A DNA stretch of 32,000 bases from Deinococcus radiodurans R1 = ATCC 13939 = DSM 20539. Lineage in GTDB: Bacteria; Deinococcota; Deinococci; Deinococcales; Deinococcaceae. Within the stretch, counting starts at the first letter, position 1. Each line of letters starts with the position of its first letter. The notes under the pieces were generated by a model. The model made no database searches. It was given only the letters and a program-made list of their open reading frames with translations, and had not been told where the DNA came from. The translations under genes were made by a program, and so were the position numbers. The stretch is taken from the NCBI RefSeq assembly GCF_000008565.1, contig NC_001263.1, positions 1,217,602-1,249,601 on the forward strand, given 5' to 3'. Shown here piece by piece: positions 20,241 through 30,074 of this stretch.

Positions 20241-22532
20241 ATGCGCCGATATGAAGCGAACCAGGGGGCAAGCATGATCGTCGTGGTCATGTTCACTCTC
20301 ATCCTGCTGGCTGGAATCCTGGCCGCCACTCTGCGCCTGAGTTTAAGCAGTCGGCAAAGTACAGCAGATCAGGCGGCGACGTTGCAGGCGCAGTACGTCG
20401 CAGAGTCGCAGATGGCGATGATCACGCGCCGGCTTCAGGACTATCAGAAATTGCTGACTGCTGAAATTCCCGGCCCCAATGGCGGCAGCATCACCCAGTT
20501 GCAGGTGCCGCCCGGAACGACCGTCGCGGACCTTGAAACTTACGCCAAGCAATTTTGCAACAAAGCGAGTGTGACTAACCCCTGGGCCGCGACCAGTGCT
20601 TACGCGGCTGCGCGTTCTACGCTTGATGACCAGCTTTACCCTGACGCGAAAGAGTGCGTGGTCGACACGACGGTCAACAACGCTGATCAATTTTCGGTTC
20701 TCGCTGATCTGGTCACGCCGCAGGCCTACAACGTCCTCGAAGATGCCACCGAACGCCCCAGCGATATCAACGATCCGGCGACCGTCAAGGCGTGGTGGAA
20801 AACCCTGCTGACGACCGACATCGGCACCACAAACTGGCGTCTGGGGGTCCGCGCCCTGCGAGTGGTACAGCTGTCGCCCACGGTCTACCGCTTTTTCTTC
20901 GGGGTTCAGAATGCACGGGCGCGCGGCATCGTCGGGAACGCTACACGTGTCATGACGGCATCGCGGGCGAACGACGGCGAGTGGTGGTTTCAGATCGAGT
21001 TGCCCAGCCTGCTCGAAGACGTGCTCATGACCAATCATCACCGCTCTCAGCCCCCCAGCAGTTCGAATTACGATCCGGCAGGAGCACCTAGTGTGAACTT
21101 CACTGACCAACGCTTTGACGGCTCTATTCACACCAACGAGAAATTTCTTTTCGATACCAACGCGAGCGCCCAGTTTCTCGAGCGAGTGAGCAGTGTCGGC
21201 TGCACGGACCTGCCGCGCGACGGACGCCCGGCCAGCGGTGACTGTGCCAAAACAGCCGGGGTGTATATCGGTAATGTGCTCCAGACACCGCCCAGTACGG
21301 AAGATACCAACGCTAAGCGGAGCAAGTGGATCACCGATAAGGTGGCTGCGTCACCACGCACGGTTGGTTTCGTCAAAATGCCAGACGACAGCACGCAAAT
21401 TAATTATTCCAAAGTCAATTTTACCGCTGACTACAAACCTTTGCCGGAAAATGCCAGCGATCAGATGGCGGCAGCAAACAGCGCGGGCCTTTCTCTCAGC
21501 GGTCAAGTGGACTCAGTTGAACTGAAGGCCGCCAACGGGAGCGGCACCCCCCTCTCAAGCTATGCCAACAGCAAGTGGGCTGAGGCCTCCGGCGATATCT
21601 ATCAGTACATCACCGTCAAACGGCGTGAGGTGACCCGGAACTGCACGACTTCAAATTGGCAACAGCAAGATTACTGGAGCTGGTTTAAGTACTACCCCAC
21701 CCAAACTTACGTAGACTGGCCCAGTTCCGATCCGGAAACAGGCACTTCGCTTAAGACATACACTAAGCCGCATTATTATGTCAGGACTGTAACATGTCAG
21801 AACACTGCTTCTAACACCGTTATTACCGACGAGTACCGCTATGGACCCGACATGGTTTTGAAGAAAAAACCGGCAGGCGGCACGTGGGCACAGGCAACGA
21901 CCTTTCAGGATAATTTCAATGGGGTCATCTACGGGCAGAACATGACCAATGTTTCCGGTCCGGCGCGTATCAGTGGCGATACCACCGGGGCGCTGGACAA
22001 GGCGCCGCCCGCCTTGGCTTCGTTTGCCAAGATCACCCTCGCTGCGAGCGGCGACATCGGCATCGCTTCTGACCTGACCGTGTCGGAAACGCCCTGTACC
22101 TTCTCCGAAACAAAGGCCACCCCGCCCTGCACCCGCAATCCCGGCAACGTCCTGGGCATCTACAGCCAGAACGGCAACGTCATTGTGCGGACGACGACGC
22201 CCAGAAACGTCAACGTTCACGCCGCAATTATGGCGAGTACTGGTCAGGCGACGGTTGAGAACTATAATTCACGGCCTCAGAGCGGCAGCGTTAAGCTGAT
22301 CGGCAGCCTGATCGAGAACTGGTATGGGGCTTTCGGAACGTACGGCAGCGGAAGTGGAACCGGCTATGGGCGTGACTTCACCTACGACACCCGCCTCAAC
22401 AAAGGCACGACCCCCCCGTTCTTCCCTGTTTCGCCCCGCTGGAACGTAAAGCCGGCCTCGGCTGTGTCCACCAATAGCCTGTCGAGCATTGTGCCGCTGA
22501 CGACTTCTTCCAGAGGGATTTCTTTCCAATGA
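20241..22532 (+). CDS. giant PilX_N-anchored pilus-associated protein (GspK/PilX-position cap or adhesin candidate)
   Basis: ATG 20241 inside ORF 20124..22532; 763 aa. N-terminus RRYEANQGASMIVVVMFTLILLAGILAATL is of the PilX_N type, with no G|F cleavage site and no Glu5. 8 Cys lie in 4 consecutive close pairs. C-terminus LIGSLIENWYGAFG...GYGRDFTYDTRLNKGTTPPFFP. The stop overlaps the next start (ATGA). Confidence 0.7.
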   Translation: MRRYEANQGASMIVVVMFTLILLAGILAATLRLSLSSRQSTADQAATLQAQYVAESQMAMITRRLQDYQKLLTAEIPGPNGGSITQLQVPPGTTVADLETYAKQFCNKASVTNPWAATSAYAAARSTLDDQLYPDAKECVVDTTVNNADQFSVLADLVTPQAYNVLEDATERPSDINDPATVKAWWKTLLTTDIGTTNWRLGVRALRVVQLSPTVYRFFFGVQNARARGIVGNATRVMTASRANDGEWWFQIELPSLLEDVLMTNHHRSQPPSSSNYDPAGAPSVNFTDQRFDGSIHTNEKFLFDTNASAQFLERVSSVGCTDLPRDGRPASGDCAKTAGVYIGNVLQTPPSTEDTNAKRSKWITDKVAASPRTVGFVKMPDDSTQINYSKVNFTADYKPLPENASDQMAAANSAGLSLSGQVDSVELKAANGSGTPLSSYANSKWAEASGDIYQYITVKRREVTRNCTTSNWQQQDYWSWFKYYPTQTYVDWPSSDPETGTSLKTYTKPHYYVRTVTCQNTASNTVITDEYRYGPDMVLKKKPAGGTWAQATTFQDNFNGVIYGQNMTNVSGPARISGDTTGALDKAPPALASFAKITLAASGDIGIASDLTVSETPCTFSETKATPPCTRNPGNVLGIYSQNGNVIVRTTTPRNVNVHAAIMASTGQATVENYNSRPQSGSVKLIGSLIENWYGAFGTYGSGSGTGYGRDFTYDTRLNKGTTPPFFPVSPRWNVKPASAVSTNSLSSIVPLTTSSRGISFQ

Positions 22533-22993
22533 AAGATCGTGGACAATCGGGGATGACTCTTATTGAACTGCTGGTTGTCATAGCGATCATCGGTATTTTG
22601 ATGGGTCTGTTCGGCTGGAATCTTGTGCGAAGCATTCGGGCTGCCGAGCTGCGGGAAGCGGCGACTCAGGTGGCGGTGGATCTACGCCAGGCGCGCTCGC
22701 AGGCGCAGCGGGGCAGCAGAGATATTGTTGTCGTGTTGCCGGGGAGTACAGGCGGAACCACCTATAGGTTCGACACGGACGTTAAAACCATTCCCAACAA
22801 TGTGCAGCTGATCTGCAAATCGAATTGCGGCACCGGCACGACGACGAACATCACTTATCAGGCACCGTACGGCGAATTGGGCGCTATAGGGAGCATCTAT
22901 ACCGTCAGGAGCCCCATGAACGGAATTGGCGATTATGAAATCAGAATCGTGGGCGTAACCGGCAAAGTCATTCTTGCTAAAGCGGGGTCCTGA
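22529..22993 (+). CDS. type IV minor pilin / pseudopilin, FimT/GspH-like
   Basis: 154-aa ORF. Class III signal MKDRGQSG|MTLIELLVVIAIIGILMGL with Glu5. Confidence 0.85.
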   Translation: MKDRGQSGMTLIELLVVIAIIGILMGLFGWNLVRSIRAAELREAATQVAVDLRQARSQAQRGSRDIVVVLPGSTGGTTYRFDTDVKTIPNNVQLICKSNCGTGTTTNITYQAPYGELGAIGSIYTVRSPMNGIGDYEIRIVGVTGKVILAKAGS

Positions 22994-23554
22994 ATGGGTT
23001 TTCAAGACAAAGGTCAATCGAAAGTCTACGAACAGGGCTTCACGATTATCGAAATTCTGGTCGCCATTGCACTTCTGGGCATCCTGACTGCGGTGCTGAC
23101 TGCAACTTTGACCGGCTCGCTCAGCCTCAACAGGCAGTCGCAAAAGCAACTCGACACCACCACGCAGGTTCAGGGCGTCCTGGAAAATGTGCGTGCTGCC
23201 TGGAAAACGCAGAGCAACTATGACAATGCCTGTGCCCCCGGCGTCACGTTGCCGAGTGGCTACAGCATCAAGTTCATCAACTTGAACTCGCGTGCCGCGC
23301 CCCTCAAAGCGGACGGGACCCTCTGGCAGGCGCCTGACCCCAATCCCACCAAAGCTGGCCCGCCCAGCAACACAGTCAACGTCCAGGCAACCTGTACAGC
23401 GGCAACGGGAGCACAGGTGGGAAGTGGCACAGCTTTGTCGGTGCCTGCCATGCGACGGCTTGTGGTGCAATCGGGGACGACGGGAACAAACGGCACCCAG
23501 GTTGTTGGCCCGCAGGATTTTTCGCTTACTGTCGATGTTCTGAGGCCGCAATAA
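22994..23554 (+). CDS. type IV minor pilin, PilV-like
   Basis: 186-aa ORF. MGFQDKGQSKVYEQG|FTIIEILVAIALLGILTAVL with Glu5. The ATG directly follows the previous stop (TGAATG). Confidence 0.85.
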   Translation: MGFQDKGQSKVYEQGFTIIEILVAIALLGILTAVLTATLTGSLSLNRQSQKQLDTTTQVQGVLENVRAAWKTQSNYDNACAPGVTLPSGYSIKFINLNSRAAPLKADGTLWQAPDPNPTKAGPPSNTVNVQATCTAATGAQVGSGTALSVPAMRRLVVQSGTTGTNGTQVVGPQDFSLTVDVLRPQ

Positions 23555-24435
23555 TGAACTGCTCAGAAACGCAAATGAAGTCTGAGGGGTTTACCCTCGT
23601 CGAGTTGCTCGTGGCTCTGGCGCTCCTGGGCATCGTGCTTTCGGCACTCGTGACTTTCTTCAGCCAGGGCAGTCGGGTCTCGACCCAGTCCAGCAGCCGC
23701 GCCGAATTGCAACAAGAAGTTCTGAATGCTCAGCAGTTGATCGTCGGCAAGCTCAAGGAAGCCTGGTACATCTATCCAGCAGGGCAGACGTTGCAACTTG
23801 GAAGTTCGTCGACCAGCACGGCGAACCTCCGACAAAATCCGGTGACTGGAACGCCCCGGGGTGGCTTCGCCAACTGGTTGACCGGCACGGACCCCATTCT
23901 GGCCGTCATCCTGCCGCCCAAGTCGGTGGGGACTTGCCCCACGACGGCGCCGGGCGGCGGCAGCGGCGCGGAATTCTGTTACCGTTTTTTTGCGTACTAT
24001 CCAGTGAAACGCTCAACGTGGGTGAGTGGAACTGGTGGCACGACTGCGCCCACAGCGAGCAATCCAGGCGATGAGCCGAACAACGACGCGGTCTGGGTGT
24101 TGGCCGAGTATCGTAAGACGCTCTATGGCTTTAGCTCAGGGGATACAGTCCCGACCACGACACTAGATGGTGGCGATGCCAACCTCTTGACCGATTACAT
24201 CGCTCCCACTGTCGTCACTACTGGTTTTACGACCTCGGCCAATACCTACACCATGTTTGACCTCAAGTCGGCGAGTGGCACAGTAACTTCGGGCGCCAAT
24301 CCCGTTACCGGCGTTACCCTCAACCTCGCCACCATCCGCAATACGGGCGGTAAAGTCCTCCGACTGCCCGACGCTACCGGCACCTACAGCATCACCATCT
24401 ATCCCACGAACCTCGGCAAAGTCGCGGCCAACTGA
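23554..24435 (+). CDS. type IV minor pilin, PilW-like
   Basis: 293-aa ORF. MNCSETQMKSEG|FTLVELLVALALLGIVLSALVTFF with Glu5. The start overlaps the previous stop (TAATG). Confidence 0.8.
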   Translation: MNCSETQMKSEGFTLVELLVALALLGIVLSALVTFFSQGSRVSTQSSSRAELQQEVLNAQQLIVGKLKEAWYIYPAGQTLQLGSSSTSTANLRQNPVTGTPRGGFANWLTGTDPILAVILPPKSVGTCPTTAPGGGSGAEFCYRFFAYYPVKRSTWVSGTGGTTAPTASNPGDEPNNDAVWVLAEYRKTLYGFSSGDTVPTTTLDGGDANLLTDYIAPTVVTTGFTTSANTYTMFDLKSASGTVTSGANPVTGVTLNLATIRNTGGKVLRLPDATGTYSITIYPTNLGKVAAN

Positions 24436-24456
24436 ACCGCCTTTGCCCTTGCCTGA

Positions 24457-24488
24457 GCCTCTGCCTATGCCCCGGCGGAGGCTTTACA
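24457..24488 (+). terminator. intrinsic terminator after the minor-pilin operon
   Basis: 9-bp stem GCCTCTGCC / GGCGGAGGC (one G-U pair) with an 8-nt loop, followed by TTTACACTT. Confidence 0.45.
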
Positions 24489-24496
24489 CTTGCCGC

Positions 24497-26221
24497 ATGC
24501 TCGTGTCCAGCCCGGTTCAGCATCTCCTGTCACGCGAGCGCGAACTGCTCGGGGACCTGCAAGCATTTCTGGAAAGCCAGGGCGCTCCGCCCGAGGTGAT
24601 CGAACATGCCCGCACGGCGACCCGGATGCTCGACGAGGCTTTTTTGCTGGTGGTGGTCGGTGAATTCAATGCCGGCAAGAGCAGCTTCGTCAATGCGCTG
24701 CTCGGCGCGCAGGTGCTGCCGGAGGGCGTTACGCCGACCACCGACCGCATTTACGTGCTCGTGCATGGCGACACGCCGGGACAGCTCGAACCCACCCGCG
24801 ATCCTTTCGTCAGCCGCCTGACCCATCCGCTGCCCAGCCTGGAAGGAGTAGCGCTGGTGGACACGCCCGGCACCAACGCGATCATCCGGCAGCATCAGGC
24901 GCTGACCGAGGGCTTTTTGCCGCGCGCCGACCTCGTGCTGTTTCTGACGAGTGCCGACCGGCCCTTCACTGAGTCCGAGCGGCAGTTCCTGGCCCTCGCC
25001 GCTCGCTGGGGCCGCAGCGTCATCATGGTCGTGAACAAGGCCGACCTGCTCGAAACCCCTGAGCAGGCCGAGCAGGTCCGCGCCTTCGTGGAAACGGGCG
25101 CGCGGGGCGTGCTGGGCCTCAATCCGCCGGTTTTTCTGGTGAGTGCCCGGCGCGAGCAGCGTGGGGGAGACGCGGGCTTCGCGGCCCTGCGAGACGCCCT
25201 GCGCGACCGGCTTTCGGAAACCGAGCGGGCGCGGCTCAAGCTCGCTTCCCCGCTGGGCACGGCGGCCGAGCTGCTGGGCGGCGAGGAACGGCGCAGCGCG
25301 GCGGCGCGGGCCACCCTGCAAGAAGACCTCGGCATCCTGCACGATCTGGAGCGGCAGCGCGAGCGGCACCGTGAAACGATGCGGGGTGAACTCGACGCGC
25401 AGCTCGGGCGGGTGGGACGGCTGCTCAGCGAGTTCGAAGTGCGGGCCGACAAATTCATTGACGACAAGCTGCGCTTCGGGAACTTGCGCGGCCTGATGAA
25501 CTCGCGCGACCTCGAAGAGCAGTTCCGGCGCGAGGCGGTGGCCGAGTTGCCGGCGGCCATTGAGCGGCAGTTCGGAGCCATGATCGACCGCTTCGTCGAG
25601 ACCAACCTGCATTTCTGGGAGGACGTGCAGGCGCTGCTGATTCGCCGCCAGCCCAGCAGCGAGGTGGCCCGCACGCGCTTTTCCTATGACCGGGGGGCGC
25701 TGCTCGAAGGCATCGGCGGCAGCGCCCGCGAGCAACTCGCCACGACCACCGAGCATCAGCTCGCCCGGCAGTTCTCGCAGGACGCTGAGGACGCCATGAA
25801 AGGCGTGATCGGCGGGCTGGCGGGGGGCGTGGGCCTCGGCGCGGGCGTCGGCGCTCTGATCGGGGCCACCGCCTTCGACTTTACCGGGGGCATCCTGGCG
25901 GGGCTCACGTTGGGCAGCCTCGGCCTGCTGCTGCTCCCCGGCAAACGCACCCAGGCGCACCGGCAACTGCGGCAGAAGGTGGCTGAGCTGCGCGAGACAC
26001 TTGAGCGCATCGTCCGCCGCGAGTACGAGCAGGAGCAGGAACGCGCCGACGCCCGGCTGAATGACGCGACCCAGCCCTACATCCGCTTCACCGAGCAGCA
26101 GCGCGAGCAACTGGGCAGCGCGGGCGAGCGCTCGGCGGAGTTGCGCTCGCGGGTCGAGGCCTTACAAGCCGAAGTGGCGCGGCTCGGCAAGGACGTGACT
26201 GCGCCTCAATCAGCCCAGTAA
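24497..26221 (+). CDS. bacterial dynamin-like GTPase
   Basis: ATG 24497 inside ORF 24443..26221 (TACACT 6 nt upstream). G1 GEFNAGKSSFVNALLG, G3 DTPGTN, G4 NKAD. Gly-rich hydrophobic paddle GVIGGLAGGVGLGAGVGALIGATAFDFTGGILAGLTLGSLGLLLLPG, then a coiled-coil tail. Confidence 0.85.
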   Translation: MLVSSPVQHLLSRERELLGDLQAFLESQGAPPEVIEHARTATRMLDEAFLLVVVGEFNAGKSSFVNALLGAQVLPEGVTPTTDRIYVLVHGDTPGQLEPTRDPFVSRLTHPLPSLEGVALVDTPGTNAIIRQHQALTEGFLPRADLVLFLTSADRPFTESERQFLALAARWGRSVIMVVNKADLLETPEQAEQVRAFVETGARGVLGLNPPVFLVSARREQRGGDAGFAALRDALRDRLSETERARLKLASPLGTAAELLGGEERRSAAARATLQEDLGILHDLERQRERHRETMRGELDAQLGRVGRLLSEFEVRADKFIDDKLRFGNLRGLMNSRDLEEQFRREAVAELPAAIERQFGAMIDRFVETNLHFWEDVQALLIRRQPSSEVARTRFSYDRGALLEGIGGSAREQLATTTEHQLARQFSQDAEDAMKGVIGGLAGGVGLGAGVGALIGATAFDFTGGILAGLTLGSLGLLLLPGKRTQAHRQLRQKVAELRETLERIVRREYEQEQERADARLNDATQPYIRFTEQQREQLGSAGERSAELRSRVEALQAEVARLGKDVTAPQSAQ

Positions 26222-26296
26222 AAAACAGCTTCAACGGCGGCTGTTCCCGGCGCGGTGCCGGTTTTCGTGGCGCCTAACCCTGTTAGCCTGCCGCTT

Positions 26297-27208
26297 ATGA
26301 GTGCCCCGTCTTCACCTGCCGCCGCGTCTCCCGTGCGGGTCGCCGCCATCGGGGTGGGGGTGGCGCTGCTGGTGCTGGGGCTAAAGTTCCTCGCTTACCG
26401 CCTGACCGGCAGTGTAGCGCTGTTTTCCGATGCACTCGAAAGCATCATCAACGTGGTGTCCGCAGGTGGGGCGCTGCTGGCGCTGTGGGTGGCGGCCCGG
26501 CCCGCCGACGCCTCGCATCCCTACGGGCATACCAAGGCCGAATACCTCAGTGCGGTGGTCGAAGGCGTGCTGATCGTGCTCGCCGCGCTGAGTATCCTGC
26601 GGGTGGCAGTGCCCGAGCTCTCGCACCCCCGCGCGGTGGACGCGCCCTGGCTGGGGCTGGGCGTCAACATGGGCGCCAGCGTCATCAATCTGGTGTGGGC
26701 GAACGTCCTCCTCCGCATCGGGCAGGCGAGCCGCAGCCCAGCGCTGATTGCCGACGGCAAACATGTGATGAGCGACGTGGTGACGAGCGTGGGCGTCCTG
26801 ATTGGAGTGGTTCTGGCCCGCTTGACCGGCTGGCACATCCTTGACCCGCTGCTTGCGCTGCTGGTCGCGCTCAATATCCTCTGGAGCGGCTGGGGCCTGC
26901 TCAGCAGCAGCGTCGGCGGCCTGATGGACGCGGGCGTGGACCCCCACACCGACGCGCAGTTGCGCCGCGTCATCAGCGAGGAGGCGACTGGCGCGCTGGA
27001 AATCCACGACCTGCGCACCCGGCATTCGGGGCAGGTCACCTTCGTCGAGTTTCACCTCGTGGTCCCCAGCGAGATGACGGTGCGCGATGCCCACACCATC
27101 TGTGACCGACTGGAAGATGCCGTCCAGGGCGTCATCGCCGGCGCCAACGTCACCATTCACGTGGAGCCGCAGGATCAGGCCAAGCACTGCGGCGTGCTGG
27201 TGGTTTGA
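26297..27208 (+). CDS. cation diffusion facilitator (CDF) family metal efflux transporter
   Basis: ORF 26255..27208. ATG 26297 is preferred: TAGCCT lies 7 nt upstream, and GTG 26255 sits in the loop of a small hairpin. TM2 FSDALESIINV, TM5 HVMSDVV (HxxxD), and a C-terminal cytoplasmic domain. If the organism is D. radiodurans this may be the described Mn exporter MntE locus (memory only). Confidence 0.85.
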   Translation: MSAPSSPAAASPVRVAAIGVGVALLVLGLKFLAYRLTGSVALFSDALESIINVVSAGGALLALWVAARPADASHPYGHTKAEYLSAVVEGVLIVLAALSILRVAVPELSHPRAVDAPWLGLGVNMGASVINLVWANVLLRIGQASRSPALIADGKHVMSDVVTSVGVLIGVVLARLTGWHILDPLLALLVALNILWSGWGLLSSSVGGLMDAGVDPHTDAQLRRVISEEATGALEIHDLRTRHSGQVTFVEFHLVVPSEMTVRDAHTICDRLEDAVQGVIAGANVTIHVEPQDQAKHCGVLVV

Positions 27209-27223
27209 CCCGCCTATTTACGG

Positions 27224-28258
27224 CTACAACTCGGCCAGGGCGCTCATGCCGCGAGCGTACCCTTGCACTGCACTCCGCCGGACGCCGTGCAGCAGGCCGC
27301 TCACCAGCCCGAAACCGCGCAAGGCGACCTCGTGGTGGCTGCTGATACGCAGCATCACCCGGTCGTCGGCGTCACGTTCGATCAGCAGCCGCTCCCACAG
27401 TTGATAGACCTGCCCGTCGAGGCTGCCCAGGGTAAAGCCCCAGACGTGGTCGCTTTCTTGCAAGGTCAGTACCCGGCATCCTTGCAGCACGGTCACCAGC
27501 CCGGCCCGCTGCTCCAGCAGCACGTCGCGCCCGACCACCGGGGGGCCGTGGGTGTGCACCTTGACCCCCGACTGCCGGTGCGGACGCCATGACCACAGCG
27601 CCGAGCGGGCGTTGAGAAAGGTGGCCTCGCCCTGCCCGAGTTCGAGCGTGACCCGCACGTGGGAGGACGTGCCGATGTCGGGCAATGCCGGCTCGTGCTC
27701 AGCCAGCGCTTGCAGTGAGGCGTCTATCGTGTCCTGGTCGGCGGTGCCCAGCACGTAGGGCCGGGGAGAAGCGGGCGGCAGATCATCGAAATCGGCGTCC
27801 TCCGCCGCGTTCTGGGCGGGCAGCGCGTCGTGGCGTCCTCGCTGGCTGGCTGGAAGGAGGGCCCAGTCGGCGGAAGGGGCTGGCATCGGCTCAGCAGGTG
27901 CTGTCTCGTCTGGGGGCAGACGGTAAGCCGGCCGCTCAGGAGTTTCGAGCAGTTGCATCAGTTGCAACTGACCCAGGCTGCTCAGGCCGGGCGCCGCCGG
28001 TCCGCTCAGGCAGCGGTCCCCCTGCGAGCGCAGGCCCTGGCCAGGGTCGAGCAGCGCTTCGAGAGGCGAGACATCTAAGGTGTCCAGCGTGGCCGGCAAT
28101 TGCGGGTGTGATACTGTTTCCGTCTCTACGGCGGCTTGTTCCGGTTGCTCCTGCTCCTGGGCAGGCCGAGTCTCCCAGCCGCGTCCCCGACCCCTGCGCC
28201 GCTTCGTCGGTTCGGGGGGCCGGAGCAAAGCGTCGGGGTCGGCGGGCGGCGGGCTCAC
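27224..28258 (-). CDS. hypothetical protein: about 190-aa Pro/Glu/Ala-rich disordered N-half plus DUF1990-like C-domain
   Basis: 344-aa ORF with a GTG start. The C-half ATFLNARSALWSWRPHRQSGVKV...GCRVLTLQESDHVWGFTLGSLDGQ...ERDADDRVMLRISS follows my recollection of the DUF1990 pattern. GACAAT lies 6 nt upstream of the GTG. Confidence 0.55.
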   Translation of the reverse strand: MSPPPADPDALLRPPEPTKRRRGRGRGWETRPAQEQEQPEQAAVETETVSHPQLPATLDTLDVSPLEALLDPGQGLRSQGDRCLSGPAAPGLSSLGQLQLMQLLETPERPAYRLPPDETAPAEPMPAPSADWALLPASQRGRHDALPAQNAAEDADFDDLPPASPRPYVLGTADQDTIDASLQALAEHEPALPDIGTSSHVRVTLELGQGEATFLNARSALWSWRPHRQSGVKVHTHGPPVVGRDVLLEQRAGLVTVLQGCRVLTLQESDHVWGFTLGSLDGQVYQLWERLLIERDADDRVMLRISSHHEVALRGFGLVSGLLHGVRRSAVQGYARGMSALAEL

Positions 28259-28334
28259 TCCCGGATTGTCTCACAGGGTTGCCCGGTAAAAGACGAACTT
28301 GCACCTTTGTTGATGGGGGCATTCAGGGGCAACC

Positions 28335-29544
<1,210 letters not shown>

Positions 29545-29576
29545 TTATTTAGGCATTTTATTTTTCAATTGATAAG

Positions 29577-30059
29577 TCAGATGTCTATATCGGGCCGCTT
29601 GTGAAACAGCATTGTCCGCTTGCACTGCGCCACCAGTTCGCCGCGCTGGTTGTAGGTGCGGTGCTCGGCGGTCACGAGGCCCTGCCCGGCGCGGCTTTTG
29701 CTCTCGCGGGCTTCGATGATTTCCGACTCGACCCGCAGCGTGTCGCCGTGAAAGACAGGCTTGGGGAAGGTCACGTCGGTCAGCCCCAGGTTGGCGACGA
29801 GTGTGCCCAGGCTGAGTTCGTGCACGCTGATGCCCACCATCAGGGCGAGCGTCATCATCGAATTGAACAGCGGCTGCCCGAACTCGGTCTTGCTGGCGAA
29901 GTCGAAATCGAGGTGCAGCGGCTGCGGGTTCATGGTGAGCGTGGTGAAGAGGATGTTGTCCGACTCGGTGACCGTCCGGGTGATGCGGTGGCGGATGACG
30001 GTGCCGACGGGCAATTCCTCGAAATAGCGGCCAGCGGGGCGGTTCAGGTCTTCGTTCAT
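29577..30059 (-). CDS. MaoC-family (R)-specific enoyl-CoA hydratase/dehydratase (itaconyl-/mesaconyl-CoA hydratase-like)
   Basis: 160-aa ORF with hot-dog-fold pattern [28 protein letters not shown]...[31 protein letters not shown] lies 5 nt upstream of the ATG. Confidence 0.85.
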   Translation of the reverse strand: MNEDLNRPAGRYFEELPVGTVIRHRITRTVTESDNILFTTLTMNPQPLHLDFDFASKTEFGQPLFNSMMTLALMVGISVHELSLGTLVANLGLTDVTFPKPVFHGDTLRVESEIIEARESKSRAGQGLVTAEHRTYNQRGELVAQCKRTMLFHKRPDIDI

Positions 30060-30074
30060 GGGGCCTCCAAGCAG

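Noticed and set aside
24530-26110. 526-aa ORF antisense to the dynamin-like gene
   Set aside because: It has no motifs and an Arg/Ala/Gly/Leu-rich composition, while the sense frame has complete GTPase motifs.
24497-26221. The dynamin-like gene as part of a multi-gene dynamin-type anti-phage system
   Set aside because: There are no partner genes of that kind. It is flanked by a pilin operon and a CDF transporter, each with its own signals.
26222-26296. Metal-sensing riboswitch upstream of the CDF transporter
   Set aside because: The spacer is only about 75 nt and is occupied by two small hairpins and a -10 hexamer. No conserved riboswitch-like core is recognisable.
29545-29556. Mini-ORF ATG-CCT-AAA-TAA (Met-Pro-Lys-stop) on the minus strand upstream of hcs, considered as a lysine-sensing leader peptide like the Thermus lys leader
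   Set aside because: It has only three codons and one Lys, and it lies upstream of the predicted -35. No alternative terminator/antiterminator structures are visible, so it could easily arise by chance in an AT-rich stretch.
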